From Mytilus californianus (lineage: Eukaryota): a DNA stretch of 64,000 nucleotides. Position 1 is the first letter of the stretch; each line of letters starts with the position of its first letter. Below the pieces are notes generated by a model, which was not told the origin of the DNA, ran no database searches, and saw only the letters and a program-made list of their open reading frames with translations. The stretch is from assembly GCF_021869535.1 (NCBI RefSeq), contig NW_026262712.1, positions 10,106,001-10,170,000 on the forward strand, written 5' to 3'. A program made the translations under genes and the position numbers. Below are positions 39,690 to 53,120 of this stretch, in pieces.

Positions 39690-40710
39690 CTCAGATAGTC
39701 ACCTTTAAATTTAGATTTTCATAAAACTATACAGCTATCTCAGTTATATATTGATCTTACATAATTCCAGGTTGTTTGGTAGTTTGGTTTATTGCTGTCA
39801 ATTTTAAGGATTTAATTAATAGGTAAAAAAAGCTATAATTTTCAGTTCGGACTGAATTCAGACAATGTCAGATAGTCACCTTTAAATTTGTTTATTACTT
39901 TTTCAAATTAACTTGGATTTTCATAAAACTATACAGCTATCTCAGTTATATATTGATCTTACTGAAATCCAGGTTGTTATGTAGTTTGGTGTATTGCTGT
40001 CAAATTTAAGGATATAATTAATCTAGGTAAAAAAAGCTAGAATTTTCAGTGGGGACTAAATTCAAATAGTCATCTTTAAATTTTTTATAACTATTTCAAA
40101 GCAACTTGGATTTTCATAAAAATCTACAGCTATCTCAATTATATATTTATCTTCAGAAATACCGGGTAATTTAGTAATTTGGTTTATTGCTGTCAAATTT
40201 AAATATTTAAATTATAGGTATCTATCTGAATTTAGTCAAAAGTGAAAATTTTAGCTTATTTTACACATTTACTAAGTCCTTAAATTTGACAGCAATACAC
40301 CAAACTACAAAAGAACCTGGCATTCTGTAAGATCAATATATAATAAAGATAGGTGCAAAGTTTGATGAAAATCCAAGTTGATTTAAAAAAGTTATAAACA
40401 AATTTAAAGGTGACTATCTGAATTTTGTCCGAACTGAAAATTCTAGCTTTTTTTCCTTCCTATTAATCATGTTAATTATATCCTTAAATTTGACAGCAAT
40501 ACACCAAACTACAAAAAAACCTGGCATTCTTTTAGATCAATATATAACTGAGATAGCTGTATAGTTTAATGAAAATCCAAGTTGATTTAAAAAATTAATA
40601 ACAAAATTTAAAGGTGACTATCTGAATTAAGTCAGAACTGAAAATTCTTGCTTTTTTTTTTACCTTTTTCCTGGAATTTTGTAAGATCGATATATAATGG
40701 AGTTAGGTGG
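39690..40710. repeat. About 1-kb inverted array: three about 175-205-bp units facing three inverted units
   Basis: gatagtcacctttaaattt at about 39694, 39870 and 40064; aaatttaaaggtgactatc at about 40400 and 40606; axis near 40220. Confidence 0.8.
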
Positions 40711-41068
40711 GCTGATTCAGACCAGTCAAGGTCAAGACTTAAGGTCAAGACAGGTCGAGACTGGTGAGACTGAGTCAAGACTGGTCAAGACTGAGTCCAG
40801 ATAGGCTGAGACCATTTCAGACTACACCAAGATTGTCAAGTACTGAATCAGACTTATTAAGTAATGTCGAGACCAGAGGCAGAGTCGAGTACAGTTAACA
40901 TGGTTAAGACTTAAGTACAGTTAAGATTCTTGTTAAGGAAAATCTGTGCTCGACCTTTCTGGTCGAGCACAAAATATGGTCTTTTCAGACTCTGAGCAGT
41001 TTGTAGTGTAAGTACACGCACCAGAAAATTATTTGGATATAAACACAAATAGTATGAATCGATACTAT

Positions 41069-41748
41069 CAGTCAGGGGTACTACTTGTACAAGTAATTTT
41101 TATTTACTTGAAGAAGTAATTTTAATATACTTATATAAGTAAATTTATAGGATACTTATACAAGTGTATTTTATTTACTTGTATAAGTAAATTATTTTTT
41201 GGCTTAGTTATGTCCCTTAGACATTCAGATTTTTTTACTTATACAAGTAAAAAAGTCATCCTATCTTCTTTTCTTGAATTCTTAGAACTTCTTCATGTTC
41301 TTTGCTATAACAGAATTTTGAATTGTCTGTCCTTTGCAGATGTCTTTACTATTCATTTAAGTGTAATTTCATGGACAATGAAAATCTCATTTGTCTGTTA
41401 TCTTTAGAACACTGCTCATTTACAAGCCCCCAAGGAGCAATTTTTGAAGGCCTTGCGCAAATACTTTAGATCTTTGCTCAGTCAGTTTCTTTGTTGAATT
41501 AATGAGATGAAACATTGAACTCTTATCAAAAATTATGAGCTAACCTGAGAGAAATTGTGAAAGGCATGATTTTACATCTCAAAACTTGAGAATTTTTGTG
41601 GGATTGTAAAAAAAAATTACTTATACAAGTAAATTTTTTTGAAAATTAAGGGGAGATTATTCAAACAATATAATTAACTTGTATAAGTATATTTTATTTA
41701 CTTCTTCAAGTAAATAAAGATTACTTGTACAAGTAGTACCCCTGACTG
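41069..41748. mobile_element. MITE with about 75-bp TIRs and 5-bp TSD (copy 1)
   Basis: CAGTCAGGGGTACTACTTGTACAAGTAAT...ATTACTTGTACAAGTAGTACCCCTGACTG; ACTAT duplicated on both flanks. Confidence 0.9.
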
Positions 41749-43095
41749 ACTATGATCATGAGTAACTTTTAGGAAACACAGGGGGAGGGTTGAGATCTCA
41801 TAAACATGTTTAACTCCACCGCATTTTTGCGCCTGTCCCAAGTCAGGAGCATCTAGCCTTTGTTAGTCTTGTATTATTTTTAATTTTAGTTTCTTGTGTA
41901 CAATTTGGAGTTTAGTATGGCGTTCATTATCACTGAACTAGTATATATTTGTTTAGGGGCCAGCTGAAGGACGCCTCCAGGTGCGGGAATTTCTCGCTGC
42001 ATTGAAGACCTGCTGGTGACCTTCTGCTGTTGTCTGTTCTATGGTCGGGTTGTTGTCTCTTTGACACATTCCCCATTTCCATTCTCAATTTTACAGATTG
42101 AGGATAACGTAAATATAATCTTTAGACACATTTTGAATTGAATTATTAACCTTGTGTTAATTGACAGATCTTAGAGAGAAAGAGTTTAACCAGCTACGAA
42201 TCCACTTCGCATAAGAAATCAGCGACAATAACAATGCTGCTTCCGGTTTGAGCGAAATGGGAGGAGTATAAATTATGTCATGCTAAATAAATAGGGGTTG
42301 TAACTTGTCTTAATGTGATAATGAAATACTTTCTAACTATTAAGCAATATTTTTTAAACATTGGATTTATTCATAATATTGTATGCATGTAACTGACACA
42401 AATAAACACTGAAAATAATCTTCATTTAATTTTAAAGTGAACGGGGCTTCATATCCAAAATTTAGCAATTTATTTTACAAGATTGGACCTATGACCGAAG
42501 TTAAAGAATATCAAATTAACAATTTTAGCACAATATTTGTCAATTAAGAACAAACTGGCATAACAAAATGATAAATCTAACCATCAATGAGATTTCTTTA
42601 CATTTAAACACTTTATTATCCCAGAAAAACAAGAAAAAACTTGAAACTAGGAAAAGTTCAATTCTTTTTAAAACTGGTTTGACAAGTTTCTTGAGTCTAA
42701 AAATAGACACCATGGCACTATTATTAGAAAGGAGGTTCTGTTTATAAGCAAAAGGTAACACACACTGTCACTGACACTGTCAGTCTTTCTTCACTGTTTT
42801 GATTTTTTGTAATTGCTTGTACAAATGTATATACATGATATATGTGCATATATTTATACACTTAAACAGCAAACATAAAGTTAACAGGTTCTTCTTCTTC
42901 TTCAGTTATTCAACAAAACTTCAGGATACTGAAGATTACTTGTTGTTGATTCTGAAAAAGACTCATTATACTAAGTAGTAAATACAGAAAAATTGTATGT
43001 GTAATACAATCATTGACAAGCGTGCTGTATCAGCCACCGGTGATGATATCGATATTAGCATGGTTGCAAAGGCTTTATCACACCTTTAATCTCTA

Positions 43096-43198
43096 TGACG
43101 TCACATCATTGATTGCAGTCATTGTTGCAAAGGCTTTATCAAACCCCTAATCTGTATGACGTCATTTCAAACCTCCTTATCTGTACAGTATGACGTCA
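43096..43198. promoter_or_regulatory. Cluster of three perfect CRE palindromes (TGACGTCA)
   Basis: TGACGTCA at 43096, 43157 and 43191, in duplicated about 61-bp units; TATA-like sequence near 43230; about 700 bp upstream of the tetraspanin ATG. Confidence 0.55.
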
Positions 43199-43905
43199 TG
43201 TCACATAAAAAACGTCTACGTGAGGTATATGTATATAATAAAGAGTATATGATTATAATCCCTGGAGCAGAGCTCTTGGGATTATATTGGTGTCTCAGGT
43301 TGATACGGATTTGATATTGAAAAAAGCCATATGATATTCTCTATGTATTATTGCAGTTTAAAAAAGCTAATAAAACCCTATCTAATGTACATGATGTATA
43401 TCATTTGTATTATTATAAGGATAAAAGAAATTATCATCCATTACAATTTTTACAGTCATGACAGTAAGTTTGGACAATAAACATGATAAAGCTTACAATT
43501 AGCAAAGCGTACAGTACAAATTAAAGATGACCTCAGTTCTTGTTCATGTTTCAGAGTTAAGTGTGACTTCCATTTTGCTGAACTGGTATATATTATTGTT
43601 GATGTGCTAGCTGAAGCCCAGCCCGACTCCTGTGCAGAATATTCTTGGTGGCCTTTAATAGGCTTGCTGTTTTCTGCTCTTTGGTTGGGTTGTTGTTTCT
43701 TTGACTCATTAATTGTTTCCTTTCTCTATTGTTTGTAGAAGGGAGACAATAAAATCTGTGTTCATATGTTTATATAACAGTAAATAAAATTGAGAATGGA
43801 AGTGGTTAACGTGTCAACATTAATTTTATTCAGGGTTTCGATTGCAGTTTGTAAAGTATCAGTCACAGGTTGAGTGGAATTTGAGAATCCACAACAAGCC
43901 TCAGG

Positions 43906-43962
43906 ATGAACGGAATTAAATGTATGAAGACAACCTTTGCAGTATGCAATATACTATTTTTT
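43906..43962 (+). CDS. Tetraspanin (TSPAN4/TSPAN9/CD53 group), coding exon 1
   Basis: MNGIKCMKTTFAVCNILFF followed by donor GTAAGT; 57 nt, phase 0; start of TM1. Confidence 0.8.
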
Positions 43963-44804
43963 GTAAGTATTTGTTAATGAATAATTGATAGGAAATTGAG
44001 TTGAATTGAACGCGTTAAAAAGGAGATCAAAAATTTCTCTAGAGGCTTTTGACATTCATGATTAAAAACGGGAAAATGGCAAAAGAAGGATCGAAATTGC
44101 TATATATACCATGTATACCATAATACCAACTACAAAAAAAGGATTTCCACATGTAAACTAACATAAAATATTATCCAACATAGCCAAATGTAAAATTTTA
44201 AACTAAAGTGTAAGGCTACATACTATGAACTTAATTCCAAAAAAACAATGATATATATCTCATATTTCACAAAATTAGGCTTACCCTGCTTTCCATTCTT
44301 AAATCATATCAAAGCAGATTGGGAATGTTAAGGGTAAAATTATACAAAAAATCTAGGATATGTTCCAAAATATCAAAGGGAGAATCAATTATCAAAATAC
44401 ATGTAGCTACAGCACACAATACAGTAACAACATGTCATGTCTGATGTCTTTTATGACACTGGTGCACACAACAAATAGCAATAGGTTATACATTGTCTAA
44501 TTTCAAGATAAGTAGCTGTAGTTGTTAGAGTGAACATGATGAATAATAGAAAAGACTTAAAACAATAGAGGTTCATCATGTTCATGTTAATTGTTTTTTT
44601 TTATGTAAGAAATTTGGCAAAGCAATAATATGTTTGAGGGTCAGAAGGCAAGCAAAGTAAATTATGCATTATTTTATTATAACTATTTTAATGTTGATAT
44701 TTATTATTATTGTATAGTTTTATCTTGATTAAATATTTTATATTTAAAGTTGATGAGATTTTGATTGAATATTTCATATGTCTAGACTTATCTTAATTAT
44801 GCAG

Positions 44805-44996
44805 ATAATGGGCATAGCTGCAATGTGTATTGGGATATATTTGAAAGTGTCCAGATCAGATTTCGTTGAGATCCTACAGAGTAAAGAATTTGAGACATCC
44901 TCAGCATTGTTGATATCTGCTGGTATAATTGTTATAGTTGTGGCCCTTGTTGGTTTTATAGGAGCATGGATGAACAACCAATGCATGCTGGGGCTG
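44805..44996 (+). CDS. Tetraspanin coding exon 2 (TM1-TM2)
   Basis: atgcag|IMGIAAMCIGIYLKV...LLISAGIIVIVVALVGFIGAWMNNQCMLGL|GTATGT; 192 nt. Confidence 0.92.
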
Positions 44997-46172
44997 GTAT
45001 GTTGATTAATTCACTCTTTCTAAAACTTTCTGAAAGAGAGGTTACAGGTGAAAGATACTTATAAGGAACATTCAAACTCATGTCAAAAATAAACTGACAA
45101 CTTCATAGCAAAAAAAAACCCAAAAAATAATATACAAAAAACAACATAGAAAATTAAAGCCAACCGTGTGAGGGCTGTATAGCCAGCTAAGGTTGTTAAA
45201 AACTCCCATCATCATCAAAGACTGGTCTGAGCAACAATAACCCCAAGGGGTGATCTCAGGCGCTTTCAATCTTCACTCACTTAACCACTGGTGGACCAGA
45301 CAAACTGGCTTATAAAATAGTTACAATTTAGCCTGTATTAAAGAACTAAAAAATGTCATAAGTAAGGAAACAAATTGAACTTTGGATATCAGTATCCTAA
45401 ACGACCTAAATTTTTGACATTAAAAGTTTGGCATGATATTCATTTTTTGTACTAAATGAACTTACCTGACACCATATTATATCTTAAAACTATCAGGGAC
45501 TTGGTCCTGATTTTGTTTGTTTACTTCATGTCATTTCACACAAGCAAAATAGTCATATGAAGGGTGTATTTGAATAAAAGAAAAATCTATGAAACAACAA
45601 AACTAGATATACTACCAAAAAATCAAAGACAATATTTTAGTATGGATAACATGTATTGAATATATGAGAATGAAATACCCACAGATCAATAGGAATAGAA
45701 TGATACAAGCTTTCATGACTATACTACTTTGAAATAGACCTGATACATTTCTGAAATCAAGACTGTTTTTCAGAATCTTTCTTCGTTTTAGTTTGATATA
45801 TATTTGTATCAACATGATCATGATCAAAACTTCATTTTGGTTCATATCTTTTTACTGTCAATCTACCTGTTAGTTTGTTTTCTAAGTTTAATAAATATAT
45901 ATCATATTCACATACATTAATAAAATGATCCTAGTAAAAATTAAATGAGGAAAAAAAGTCACCCACTAACATGACTAAGTATAGACTTGTATCACACAAA
46001 AATTACTACAAAAAAAATTACATGGCCTAAGGGAGATAACTGTAATAAAAAATTTCAATTTTGTGGAAAATTGGAATTATGAATTAAATTGAATTTAAAC
46101 TAAAACTGATACTATTGTTCTGAGTATTAAATTATTTACAGATTTTTAACTTTGTTTATTTTCTTTTTTCAG

Positions 46173-46247
46173 TATTTTATTTTCGTTATTGTTATTTTTG
46201 CCATGGAATTAGCAGCAGGAATAATAGCTTTCATATACAGAAAAGAT
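46173..46247 (+). CDS. Tetraspanin coding exon 3 (TM3)
   Basis: ttttcag|YFIFVIVIFAMELAAGIIAFIYRKD|GTAAGT; 75 nt; polar Glu in TM3. Confidence 0.92.
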
Positions 46248-46295
46248 GTAAGTTTTCGAAATAAACAAAAAGGTGGAATTCAGTGATTATTGTTA

Positions 46296-47606
46296 GGGCT
46301 ATTCCATTAAAAAGAATGTACCAGGGTCGGACGGCAATTATAAAAAATCCTGTTGGTTGTTGATGTGTTGAAGCGTTTATGGCCAGTGGTCGTTGGTGTT
46401 TAGAGAAACTAAGTATTGTTGGTTGTTGGTCTTCTTTGACAGTCAGTTTTTGTGACTGTCGGTTTCATTGTGTTATTTTTCGTTATTTATTATTATTTGT
46501 TTTAGCAAGGACTTATATAACCGATTGTTTTTGTCTCCTGCTCATATCGTGATATTTTGGAAAACATAACTGTTCCCGCGACTTACGCAGCGGCAGGCGC
46601 AACGTTGTATTCTACCTATGGTACCAGTTCCGGAAGTGCAAGAGTTACTTCCCTTTAATGACAAGCACATGACGAACGGTGTCAAATTCTAATGAAAGGA
46701 CCTTCGATTTGAAAGAAAATAAAAATTAACTTTGCCAACCTTTTTAACCATCAGTATGGTCATTTTTAAGCCATATTACTATTGAGATCGTATACCCCTA
46801 CAGGGATTTTTCTAGTATTCCACAGGGTCCAAATACCGGACCCATTCCTATTGGCAATGGCAAATACCCTACGTTTTTCCCAGTTTTCAATTTGGGACAA
46901 AAACTTCCAAACGATCTCAAAATTTATTTTTATCTTAATTATTCATGACAGCGATGCTCATTTTTGTTCAACCGCTAGCTTTATACTGAAAATCCCCAAC
47001 AAGTAATGTGTAAATACGAGTAAAATTGTATCTGACTGACAAAAACAACATTGAAGAACAATTGATGCCATAAACCGGAAAAGAAGACGATGACAATACC
47101 GGATCAGATTCCGGGGTCGGATAAGGGTAATTCCGGGTTTGCCAATCAAATACAATAAAAAAAAATAATAATTCCAGGCAGGTGACAAAATACATCTATG
47201 ATGATGAAATATAAACACTAGAATTGAAAACCAAAAGATATATGGAAAAGAAAGAAAAAGCATGAAATATTTTATACAGAAACTCAAAATAACTTTTAGT
47301 TCACAAATTTTCATGTCAAAATCCAATGAAATGTGACAGTAATTTTCTTTATCATTAATTAATGTTGATATTACATGTAGATATTTTTATAGAGTATACA
47401 TATATCTATAATTCCAAGAGGTAATTTCTTCTCAATTTTGAAGGGCCAGTAAAAAATAAGTTAGATATGTTCCAGTTGGTTCTTGTATTATCATGAAACG
47501 ACTTCCTGTTGGTTGGTGTTCAGATACATGGTACATTCCTCTTGGTCATGGGGGTACTTGAAAATTGCCTTCCGACCCTAGTACATCCTTTTTAATGGAA
47601 TAGCCC
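46296..47606. mobile_element. PIF/Harbinger-like MITE in tetraspanin intron 3
   Basis: TIR GGGCTATTCCATTAAAAAG...CTTTTTAATGGAATAGCCC; TTA TSD on both sides. Confidence 0.8.
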
Positions 47607-48492
47607 TTAGTCATGTTTGTTGCATTCTATCAAGTTTCTTTTTCATTTATTGTTTTGACATACATTTTCTTCTTTGACATGTTTACTATTTTGTGACATC
47701 AGGGCCCTTTATAGTTTACCATATGGGTTTTACTCATTGTTGTAGGATGTTTGAAACCTGTTTTAAGAGACCACTTAAGGGAGAGCAATACATGTGGTCT
47801 TTCAATACAGGTTCAATCTATATGAAATATACTACAGAGGAATCTAAAATTAATGGTCTTATAATACAGCTTTTTGCTTAATACAGGTGGTCTCAAGCAG
47901 GTTTGACTGTAGTTGTCTAAATCTACGTCATTTGGTCTCTGGTTAATATGTTTTGACAGCCAGATTAAAATTGGATGCTTTACCTTTGCTCCATAATAAA
48001 TAACAGAAAAATATATTTTATAGAGTAGAGGAGAAATTTTTTTTTGGTTGTTCTGTTGAAGATATTTTGATATTTGATTTGTCTTCCAAACTTTTAGACC
48101 AAGAATATCTGATGGTGGTTAATACATGCAGTTTATTTCTTATTCTATATTGTTATAGATTTATTTGATCATATTGAAATTTGTCAGTCTATTTTTACAT
48201 TGAATAAGTTTGTAATATATGTCCTTTACAACCTATTGTGAACCTATTATGGACTTGATTTATTTTAGGATATTGAAAGTGAGCAGTAGTAGTTCTGCCA
48301 CAAAATAAATATTAAGTTACTTTGCATCAACAGATAATAGCTTTTGCAATTAGTTTCTAAGTAATAAATTTTATTTTGTGAAAATCTTTATACTGTAAAT
48401 ATGAAATTTAACCACTGACAATTTTTTAGTATTTGTCATATCAGTAATTAATTTCATTATTTGGAGTAAAATAAAGTCAATGTCTTCTGTAG

Positions 48493-48576
48493 ATTGAAGT
48501 AATTATTAGGAGAGAGTTATTAGAAGGTGTGAAGAAAGATGAAACTAGAAGTGCATGGGACAAATTGCAAGAAAAG
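48493..48576 (+). CDS. Tetraspanin coding exon 4 (large extracellular loop helices)
   Basis: ctgtag|IEVIIRRELLEGVKKDETRSAWDKLQEK|GTAATA; 84 nt; WDxLQ motif. Confidence 0.9.
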
Positions 48577-49164
48577 GTAATATTCAATAATGTCAGGCAA
48601 CAAATGACAGCAATTGCATCAGTGCTTAACCAGTTATTTAGGTAGATGGGTAAATATAATTCCTTGTCTGCAAATTCATTTTTTTTTCAACAGTATTTCG
48701 GTTCTGTAAACCTATGATGAGCAAGAGAACTTAAAGGAAATAATGTTTATTACTTATTATTTAGCAGCTTTAAGTTATGTTATTATAAAACTGAAACCAA
48801 CAAATATTTGTCAGCACTTTCTATGTTAATACAGCTGGAAGGTCAAGCATGAAATAAAAAGAGAAGAACAAAGGAATTTTTTTTCATCAATTGGGAGGTT
48901 TTTGGACTAAGACAAACTTGTAGAATAAACATCTAAAGATCTTGATATGGATAAGTTTTTCTCCTATGTTGGTAATTGAAAGTTTTAAAATTATGCAACA
49001 CTTGTATTTAGTTCAGTAAACATTTCAAGTACTCTTTAATTGTAAATGAGCACAAGCACCTGCATTTTTTTCCAGATTTAGATGCAATCTTTTGTTATCA
49101 GTCTTACTAAAATACCTAATACCCAGTACCTAGACTTGACCTTACTATCTATATATATTTTTAG

Positions 49165-49299
49165 TACTTATGTTGTGGAGTAAACAATTACACAGACTGG
49201 TACGGAGTTTATGATATCCATAATTATAAAACTTTACCAGACTCGTGTTGTGGTTACGCTGGATGTGGACAATCTGGTGGTGTAGTGGCATATCGTATT
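49165..49299 (+). CDS. Tetraspanin coding exon 5 (CCG, PDSCC)
   Basis: ttttag|YLCCGVNNYTDWYGVYDIHNYKTLPDSCCGYAGCGQSGGVVAYRI|GTGAGT; 135 nt. Confidence 0.95.
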
Positions 49300-49684
49300 G
49301 TGAGTACTCCTATTATTCTTTACTGTGAATTTATTATTATTCATGGGATACCAGTTTTCTTCAATTTTATGGGTAAAGATGAACCAGGAATTTCAATGTT
49401 AGACTAAGTACAAATTTCCTATAGGCTTGTATGCAGATTTTGGCAAAACCATGAAATCAAATATCCTGGAAATACAATTTTTCCTCAATCCAGGAAAATT
49501 GATACCCACGAATATAAATGAATCCACAGTAGTATATATTTTAAAAGCTAAAATATAGGAAGAATCAAACAAATTTAAGGTGGTACATCACACTACAGGG
49601 AGATAACTCTGTAAAAATCAGCTGAAAGTTTTAATCATGTTCTATTGTCAAGGAAATATTACTAAGCTACTCAATGATAAAAAT

Positions 49685-50080
49685 AATTATTACATTGGTT
49701 GCAATGAATTACATTGATTTCCCAGTGAAATAAAAACCGATAATTTCACATGTGAAATAAACGTGGTTATTTCACTCCTCTGACATCATACAACAATAGG
49801 CGTTGTCAAGACGTCGATAACGTCAGATCAAAACAAATTGTGAATGCGTAGAAAAAGATATAGTTCCTTACATTTTCTACTTTAATTTCATTAAAAAGCC
49901 CTTTGCCAATGTAATAAAAAGAATAACTAATCAAAGAATTCAAATATTGAAAAATATTCAACTCGTGACCGAACAACACTGATAATTAACTCATGCGCTA
50001 CGCGCATTCGTGAATTAATGTGTTGTTCGGTCACTCGTTGAATATTTTTCTCTATTTGAATTCTTCGATAATTTATTCTA
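49685..50080. mobile_element. Long-hairpin element, reverse orientation
   Basis: ttattacattgg / ccaatgtaataa module followed by an about 160-bp palindrome centred at 50000; interrupts an element with aaggtggtac/gtaccacctt ends (about 49575-50245). Confidence 0.6.
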
Positions 50081-50687
50081 TAAGTGTTTGTCAAAGTGCT
50101 ATATATCCAATTAATTTTAATCCAATAAAGTGTGTGGTTCTAGTTTTTTGAAATTTTTATATTTTTCTCAAAGGGTCAAAGTTAATATTTTGTCAAAATT
50201 TTATGAAAATTAAAGGAGCCAAATTAATTTTAGTCAAGGTGTTTGGTACCACCTTCAGTAGGTTATTCAATAAACCTGATTTGTCACTTGAGGTTAAGCA
50301 ACCAACAAATCAATCAATCATCCTAATTTGAACAAAAACATAAAAGTCGGGGAATTACGGTTGTATGTTTTTTTCGGGAAACCAAAAATTACTTTAGTAG
50401 ACCCTTTAAAACCTGGCCACCATGGTCTGCTTACCTCTACCAGCACAAATGTATCCTAGATATTTTATAAATACTGAAAATTTAGAGGCTTAAATATTTT
50501 TTTTCTTTGAAAAGTAGGTTCATTTCTTCTGATGATACAAAAAAAAATGTCAGGTCGAAGATGACCAATAGACACAAGGGAATTTCTAGAAGTTTGTCCT
50601 CTCAGTGGCAACCCCTACAATGGAAATGTGGGAATGACAATAGAATTCACCCAAGCTGTAATGTAATTTTAATGATTTATTTTTCAG

Positions 50688-50771
50688 AGTTGTTATGAAG
50701 ATGCCAAAGAATGGATTATAGACAATTTCTACCTGATTGGAGCTGCAGGGGTTGCTATAGGTGTACTGCAG
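50688..50771 (+). CDS. Tetraspanin coding exon 6
   Basis: tttcag|SCYEDAKEWIIDNFYLIGAAGVAIGVLQ|GTAATG; 84 nt. Confidence 0.92.
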
Positions 50772-52081
50772 GTAATGAACTTGCTGAATGAAATAATACT
50801 GTAAATTAGTAAAGATTATCGCTCCTGCAATTTTATTTTAAATTTATGTGCATGTGAAAACTGCAAAATCGTTGGTCTTGAATAATGGACAAATGATCAA
50901 AATAACCAGTAAGATTAATTAAGGATTATTATTTCAAGGTTTTGTTTGCCAAAGGATTGATGCAATCTTTAAACAAGCAAGTATTGTCTTTTGTCTACTG
51001 AACTACCAATAATGGTCATGGCCAAATCTTTTTAGAATTTATTGGAACAATATTGATACATACATGCATTAGGAGGTATTGAAGACCTAGATCTCTTTTT
51101 TTCAATTAATGTCTCCTGTTTCTTTATTAAACCTTATACTTTATTATAATAAGGGTACAAGTATTTTTTCCTGTAAGGGTAACCAAGTCAAATGAACAAT
51201 TTAAAAAAAAAAGATTTTTCAACTTTATATAATTTAATGAATACAGGACATGTAAGCAATGAAATAAATATGAAAACTTTTTTTGGAAACATTGTTTTCT
51301 TATTCTTAGTTATAACTGGTGATCTGACACTTTTCCTTACTTTTTTTATTTTAATTGTCTCCCATTATGTGATTGATGTTTATCTAATAAAAACAAAATT
51401 GTGAAATTATCTCCCTTGCTTTATGGAAAACTGTTTTTTTCTTTATATTGGTTATTATTGATAATTGTCGCCCTTAACATGTTTTGTTTTATCTTAAACA
51501 TCTTTTTTTTCAGTTATTGCTGATAATTGTCTCCCATTACTTTTATGTGCTTTTATCAAACATAAATTTTCACTTCGTACTATGAACATCAAAATTATTT
51601 ATTTTGTAAAAATATTTCCTTTCTCTTTTTGAACTGCACACGAATACTTAACAACAAAATTATTTTCATTTACCTGTGTTTAAAGTAATTGCAAATGGCT
51701 GATATTTTTGTTCGAGCATATTGTTTTTCTTATATTGTTTAACATTTCACAGCGGTATAACATGTTACTTTTATTATTCTTCCCTTAGTTTATTCATTTT
51801 GTATTTACATTGTATCATAGATCAAGTTTATTTGTTCAGTGTATGTTCACTGGTGTTAATATGTCCTTTGATTGAGTTAAGCCATTTCAGTTGATATTTT
51901 ATAGTGTGTCTTTCTATGTTGTGATGTTACACTATTGTTTCAGATAAGGGTGAAGGTTTGGTACCATTAAAACGTTTAAACCTGCTGCAATTGTTTGCAC
52001 CTGTCCTAAGTCAGGAATCTGATGTTCAGTAGTTGTCGTTTGTTGATGTGGTTCGTAAGTGTTTCTCGTTTCTTGTTTTTG

Positions 52082-52890
52082 TCTTGACTTGACGGAGTCA
52101 AAAAACGAGACATAGGTATGCTGTTTCTGGCGGCGGGGTGTCAACAATGTATTAGTTTGTAATTAGGTCTAGTTCATGGTGAACCACTAGTGGTAGGTCA
52201 ATGATATTTGGTATGCAGTTAGTTTAGCATTGGCATATCTCATTTCCATGGAGATTATTTGGCTTTGCCCCCTTAGTCATGGTCTATAGACTTTGAAAAT
52301 TTTGCTAAGTTAACATGTATTAGTTTGTAATTAGGTCAGTTCAAGGGGAACCATTAGTGGTAGGCCATTGTTAATTGGTGTTCAGTTGTATAAGCATTAG
52401 CACATCTCATTTCCGTAGAGAATATTTGACCCCGCCCCCTCAGTCATGGTCTAGTGACTTTGAAACTTTTGCTTAGTTTACATGTATTAGTTTGTGATTA
52501 GATCAGTTTAAGATGAACTGCTAATGTTAAGTCAGTGATATTTGGTATGCAAATGTATTGGCATTTGCAAGTATCGTTTCCATGGAGATTATATAGCCCC
52601 ACCCCTGATCATGGTTCATTGACTCTGAAACTTTTACATAGTTTACAAGTTAATGTTTGTGTTTAGGTTTGTTTAAAGGGAACGACTTATAAGTCAATGG
52701 TATTTGGTATGCAGTTGTATTAGCATTGGCACATCTCATTCCATGGAGATTGTTTAGCCATGTACCTTCAGTCATGGTTCATCGACTTTGAATATTTGCA
52801 TAACTTACATGTTAAAATATTGCTATTTTAATTTCAACATTTGCATTATCAAAATTACAAAAAGGCGAGACATATCTCTGTGATAACAGT
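52082..52890 (+). mobile_element. HINE-like element with about 150-bp core repeats, inserted into a family-C repeat
   Basis: Four to five units of atgtattagtttg...ggtatgcag...catctcatttccatggaga; the flanks 51855-52080 and 52895-53097 are two halves of one interspersed repeat. Confidence 0.7.
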
Positions 52891-53120
52891 TTATTTATAT
52901 AGATTAGACCGTTGGTTTTCCCGTTTGAATGGTTTTACACTAATAATTTTTGGGGCCCTTTATAGCTTGCTGTTCGGTGTGACCCAAGGCTCCGTGTTGA
53001 AGACCGTACTTTGACCTATAATGGTTTACTTTTGTAAATTTTGACTTGGATGGAGAGTTGTCTCATTGGCACTCATACCACATCTTCTTATATCTATATA
53101 TGTTTTTTTCTTATTTTCAG

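Larger units (their letters stand above)
35468..41008. mobile_element. CACTA/EnSpm-type non-autonomous element with nested insertions
   Basis: Termini CACTACAAACTGCTCAGAGTCTGAAAAGACCATATTTTGT ... reverse complement ending GTAGTG; TA on both flanks (2-bp TSD). The inverted arms extend to 35800-36090 vs 40690-40920 with short agtctcgacc subterminal repeats. Confidence 0.75.

Noticed and set aside
41210-41407. Near-identical ORFs at 41210 and 60299
   Set aside because: Both lie inside copies of the same MITE and show no transposase motifs.
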